This document shows, one piece after another, positions 58,616 through 64,000 of a stretch of 64,000 nt of DNA; position 1 is the stretch's first letter, and each line of letters starts with the position of its first letter. The notes under the pieces were generated by a model that was not told the DNA's origin, did not search any database, and was given only the letters and a program-made list of their open reading frames with translations. The DNA is taken from positions 62,001-126,000 of the forward strand of contig DF237032.1 in assembly GCA_000708835.1 (NCBI GenBank), given 5' to 3'. The DNA comes from Klebsormidium nitens. Taxonomy: Eukaryota > Plantae > Klebsormidiophyceae. The translations under genes and the position numbers were made by a program.

Positions 58616-61350
58616 GTAAGACAGGATGAGCGACTTTTTGGGCTTCCCCTGCGGGCGCCGGCCCGTGATGGCAATAAAATCGTCCATGATCTCTTGCCGC
58701 GACAGCTGCACTTGCAGCTTGGGCATCTTCAGGATCGGTACCTCCTTCTTCTCCTTCTTCCGGGACGCGATCCGCCGGGACTGCTTGACGCCCTTCAGCG
58801 ACGGCTCCGGCGTGTCCTCGCGCATATCCTCCGCCTCCTCTCGCCCTCTGCGCAAGATCCACGAGGATTGACTTACTTTCGTGTTAGGGCCCCGATAATA
58901 GGATTGAGGTGCATCGGAATAGATTGACTAAATCCGGGGTTTGCCTGTCCTAATCTTCTCTGAAGTTTGATTTTCCGCAATTGGGCACACCAGTCTTCGG
59001 TGAATGAGATTGCTGGGGTCTTCAGCTTCGCAACTTGCAAAGAGTTGCATTTCTTTCGCGTCATCCGCAGACTGCTGATGTCCTCAACTTCGCATTTGCG
59101 GTCCTAGCACACGACGGTACACTCCCGCTCTGGTCGAGTTGCCTGCGAGGTCTAGGTATCAGCTCCTCAGAAGAAATGTTGCGAAAGAGTTTGAAGGACG
59201 CAGGTAAGCAACTGCCCTTTTTTCGCACGGGAAATGAAGGGATAAGGAATCTGCAAATCTCAGCTAACATTCTCTTCCCTAAAAGTCGACCGGAAAAACC
59301 TCAATGTACAAACCTTGGACACCGATAAGTAGTCCGCTGAGCTGGTCTCAGCGACTGGACCTTTCCGTGCTGGTTACAAGGTAAGCATGAGCATTTGAGG
59401 CCTCGGAGAAGTTCGTCGCAACTCTGAGCGGGACCTTTCCGTCTCACAGTACATTGACGCCTTGGAGAAGAGAGGCGCCTTTACTCAGAAACTTGACCAT
59501 CATTTGTCAGGAATTCGAGCGTCTGCGATTCCGTCCTTGGAGAAGTTGCGACCATCACAGAGCTGTAAGGCCACCTGCATTTTAAAAGGGGAACCAGTAA
59601 CCTCTTTTCCAGGACCCTGTAAGTATACCCCCCATCCGACTTTAAGGGTCAGGGTGGGCTTACCTTTTCCGACTCCCCTCCCGGCTGTCGGCAGAGCCCC
59701 CCCGCCGCCCCCTCACTTTCTCCAGGGCCTTGTTCCGCACTGTCCTGCCGGCCGCTGCCCCAGACTTTCGCGCAACTTTCCCCGACGCCCGCTTGGCGTG
59801 GGGTCCATCCGCGTCCAGGCTCTTTCGCCGCTTGCCGCTGCGCAAAGGGCGGGCCAAGGAGATGTGGGTATGAAAGCCTTCGGCTGGTGTCTTCATAAGA
59901 CCAAGGCACAAGAGCTCATGTACCAGGCATGGGGCCTTGCTGACTGACAGTTCTGACTCCTCATGCAGGACCACACATTAGTTGTAGGAGGGAGCTCGAG
60001 TTCTGGAGCAGCTGAATCGAGGAATTCCAAAGAGATTTTGTCTTCTGAAAGAGGGACTCTACGGAAAATGCCAGCTTGACATAAAGCTCGACTTGCTTCT
60101 GCTGCGATCTGACACCCTGTGCTAGCGCCTCGGCCAAGGTTTCGATCTGTGCTTTTCGGAAGGAAAAGCTGGTTTGTGGTGCCATGACGAGCAGTCTGCA
60201 TAAAGATGGGGCCAGCTTTGCCTTACCCTTGCATAGCCACCAGAATGCACCCATCACCCTTTAAACCAACAAGAATCCGAACGAACGAGTTATACTTTCT
60301 AATCTGAGCTGATCGAGCGATGCAAACAAGGACCTTTCCAGATGCAATTCCACAATTGTCCTCGCCCCTGAGTCGAAACACAAAAGTGATGTTCCTGGTA
60401 AAATTTCGGGGCTCCCAGCTCTCTCTCCCATTCACACACTGTCTCAGAAGTTGCAAAACCGGTGTAGCTACGGGTGGGACAGCAATCCGCGCCTCCAGCA
60501 AGTGAACTCACAAACTCCAATCAACAGCCAAACATTACTGATATGAACGCGGAACCTGGCTCACCTCTTTGACTTTTTGCTTAGGTCAGTGGCGCCTGGA
60601 CTACCGGGTGCGCTGCTCTTCACTCTGTGAGACGACGACTTTGGTTCGTCCGGGCTGTGGCCTCGCGACAGGCTGTCCCGCTTCTCACTGTGGCCGGCCC
60701 TGGGCAAAAGCACATGAGCATTCAACCGCGCCTTGAATGTCTTCAACTAGCGCTTGCTGCCAGTATCCTCAGCTGCTTGTGGGGCATATGCAAATGCTCG
60801 ATGAGGCAGGTGACAGATACATATTGCCAGGGGAAGACTTACGCCGCACAAAGCCATCTGGGTGAGATTGACAGATGCTAGCAGTCTGCTGTGGTAGCCC
60901 TATCAGTGGGGGCTCATACGACCGGCAAAGGGGATTGACGGAATGGGATTGAAGCGATCTTCAAGCATACACCCACCCTTGTATGCCCCTCAACCACTCC
61001 AGGAACTTCTCGTTGCTTTGGACGCGCCGCCCTGCAACCCCCCCCTGAAGATGAGAGATTGAACTTGAGTCCAGAACTTGTAGTGGAACCCGATGTAAGG
61101 GCACCAGCTGCGAATGTTCATCCAGAATTGTCCATGCAAGCCAAAGATCCAACTTTACTCTGATTGGCCAATTTGTGCGGCTTTGATCTTGCAGAGTCGT
61201 TGAAACGCGCATAGCTGCAAAATGGCGGTGTGAGGTCCTTACTTCAACAGCATTTTTCAGAAGCTCAAATTGAGCCCTCATCTCGGCAGCGCTACTGCAA
61301 GGGTCAGCTGTGCGCGCCTTGACACTCACCGACTCCATGGCAGAAGGGTG
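58616..61350 (-). CDS. DUF1639-domain protein, partial model (5' and 3' exons unresolved)
   Basis: Phase-consistent exons 61350-61243, 60746-60565, 59837-59664, 58847-58616. The last encodes QVQLSRQEIMDDFIAITGRRPQGKPKK, matching the plant DUF1639 signature LSxxEIxxDFxxxxGxxPxxxPKK as I recall it. Confidence 0.7.
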
Positions 61351-64000
61351 CTGCCAAACCACGATCTTGGTGTTATATTGCTATTAAGTACAGTGGAGCG
61401 AACCACTGAAAGCGCCGGATCTGGCTTAGTGGCAGACCTGCAACAAGTGAAGCAGACAAACATCAAAATACGTCAGTATAAATCTCCTCACAATGTAACG
61501 ATGGAAGCGCCATATTTCCCCTTGAAACAGCTACATGGACAGGGGCAACTTATTTGACAGTTCAGAGTGAGACCGTCGCATTCAGCCATGTGCATGTCCA
61601 CTGTTGCAGACTTTACCCAAGCCCCCAGCTGCTTTATGAAATTCGTGTAGTCCCTGAAGCCTCCTTTGAGAATGGGGGGAAACACTTTTCACAATTCGTT
61701 TTGAAGATTGCAGTACTCTAATGAAGGTAACCAACTTTTGGATTTGATTCCAGCTTGCCAGCATTGAAAGGCCCCTCCCGCCAGTGCGAAGGGCAAAAGC
61801 TAGAACGTTGATCATGTCAACGATACTACAAAAACGATAAATAGAACACCAAGGCCATCTTAAGGCTGCCAAAAATGATCTCAGAAAGCCCCGCGAAAAC
61901 TGTCACTCTGGCTACATGGCCCATCATTAAACGCATGTTACAGCTAGTATGGGGCAGATGCTAACATTGCTCCTCTCCAACCTGAGCAACAAATAGGGTG
62001 AATAAATCGTTCTTTCTCCACTTACGCTGCACAGTATAGCTGGTCTTGAGCACAGGTTTTGAGAATGCCATGGTGAGACTCTGCGCCCACATCTACCAGC
62101 ATGGAAGTGACCGCCATAGTCCATCTAAATGTCAAAGACAGCAGGAAAAGGAAAAGATAGGATGAAAACAAGCTCTTCTCACCAGGACCACAACAGCATC
62201 TGTGTGCCCTTCGTGGGCCTTATCAACCTGGTAGCCCCCACCCGCCCTTCGATCAACCGCTTCCAGCAAAATGGTGGCGAATATGTTGATGCAGCAGTCG
62301 CGAGGAAAAGAAGAAGGAGACGCAGAACCTTGTGGACAAAGAATGAAGGCTTCCTTGCAAGTTGAACTTGCAGCGCCTTCCGTCCCGCGCCAAAGCTGGT
62401 GAGAAGAAAGAGGATTTTTGAAGGCTTGCGAAGTGGGCACTTGGTGCACACTGGTTCAGTCATGATGATGTAGCTCTGGTAACTTAGTAATGTGAAAATC
62501 AAGCAAAAAATCTCAAGCAGTGTCATATAAGCGGTCTAGATACCCTGTATATAATTCAGACGCAAAGTTTGTCACCGTGTTACGGTAGAGGCCCTGCGCC
62601 TACCTACCGTTGACTCTTTATGGGCAGGGTTTAACCGCAACGAGCAGGTACGAGGTCGTCAACAAGGCCCCTTTTGGCTGTCAAGTTGCCAGTTTTGAGC
62701 TGCTATATCCAGGCTTTGTTTTCTGGAAGTTCTTGTGGATATTCAAGGATGCCAAATTAGGGTTCTGAGCTTCAAGTTCTCTTTCTTCCTCTCCAACTAT
62801 CTAGCTTGAAGTTCCACTGAACTCGATCTGCGCTGAGGCTGAGCAATGGGGCGAAGGCTGCAATGGTGCTGCACCATTGACAGATTCCTCGCAGCTTATC
62901 AACAACGATGTGGCTTGTGCCTCTTTCAGATCTTAGTTACCTAGCGCTTCTACCGTGGAGGATCTCAGCGTGCAACACAACACAAATGCTGCACCTTTCA
63001 TATCAATGGGCTCAGCTTATCCACACAACTTCCCGCTTTGCTGAGAACTGCAGTTCAGCCACCACCACCTGGAATCTAACATCGCTGGTTCCAGGGCAAA
63101 GTGGCACCTTTTGGCAGCTGCCCTTCATGACTCCTGGACACATGCCGTCCAGGGGAATCCCAAGCTTGACAAGTTTCTGCTCAGGCAATATACTGCATGA
63201 AAACTAGGTGGAATCAAAGAGTGCCGCTCTGGTCCTCGAACCAGTGGTGGCAATTGACCTTTTAACTCTATGAATATGCTGCTGAATCGGTGGGCTAGGG
63301 CTGATTTGAATGTCGTCTGAGCGGTCTCAGCTTCCTTCTTGAGCACCATAATTCAGACAAATAGTACGCTCACGCTGTACCCCCAAGGGTGTCTTCATGC
63401 TAAATATCTGCAACGCCGTCAAAGGAAAGAGCTTTTTGGGCTTTGCCGGCTCTTTGGATAGCCATTTTCAGTGTGAGGGTGACAAGACATCTACTCTATC
63501 AGGGCCAAAGACAGCCCTGCCCCTGAGGATGATCACTCCTGTTATCGCCTTGACAACGTGAGCCTCCAACTGTTTATAGCATCAAGTATAATCTCAGCAA
63601 GGTATCGCCTGTCCCCCTTTCGCCCATCCTATGGCAGCACTTTCTCCAACAGACTTTGCACGAGGGGCCCGGTACTTTGTTGATGTTTGGAACACCTTCC
63701 GAGATGAGCAGGCAGAGTGGGTGGAGTTCCCCCTGGATGTGGCGGCTGTGCATCAGGTAAGTGACCACAAGACTCAAGCTGGTGTAATGCCAAGTAGAGA
63801 GTAGAGTGTGATTGAGCATTGCTTCAGCATAACTTGACCTATTTGCTTCAGGAGAACATCGCTTGCAAAAAGAGAGCCTCTCCACACATCGTGCCTTCTC
63901 TGCAATAACATTTTTGAAGTGGGACAGCACTATGAGGGCTATGGTTTATTCAAGGCCAGAATTTTACATATGTTCTGTCGATCGTCTGAGCGCCACCATC

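Noticed and set aside
63125-63349. MVLKKEAETAQTTFKSALAHRF..., a possible first exon of the DUF1639 gene
   Set aside because: I could not find a phase-compatible chain of exons linking it to 61350, so it is left unannotated.

Overview
Eukaryotic nuclear DNA: gene-dense and intron-rich, with most modelled introns about 100-1100 bp and roughly balanced GC. The protein families (chloroplast FZL, plant-type LPA1, SEC23D, SYP2, DUF1639) and gene architecture point to a streptophyte green alga, Klebsormidium-like; this is inference, not a database result. I hand-assembled 13 protein-coding genes, checking splice phases: LPA1-like P-loop kinase (-, runs off the left edge), VMA12/TMEM199 (-), translin (+), NAF1 (-), FZL (+), SYP22-type syntaxin (-), YIPF1/2-type Yip1 protein (+), bystin (-), intronless SKIP/SNW1 (+), an orphan with a mitochondrial-like presequence (+), SEC23D-type (-), a second orphan (+) and a DUF1639 gene (-, ends unresolved). 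Five pairs are head-to-head. The most unusual signal is repeated local tandem duplication of exon edges into the neighbouring intron, leaving arrays of decoy splice sites. Counting the true site, there are 5 copies at SEC23D exon 11, 4 at SEC23D exon 8, 3 at bystin exon 6 and 2 at FZL exon 9, plus a copy of the SEC23D exon 7 end. Also seen: a retroelement-type aspartic protease motif in frame inside an FZL intron, inverted telomere-like repeats, two GC-AG introns with the same donor context, a probable homopolymer frameshift, and palindrome-dense intergenic spacers sharing a composite motif. I found no rRNA, tRNA, CRISPR array or intact transposon. Sequence 56700-58600 and 61400-64000 is largely unresolved.
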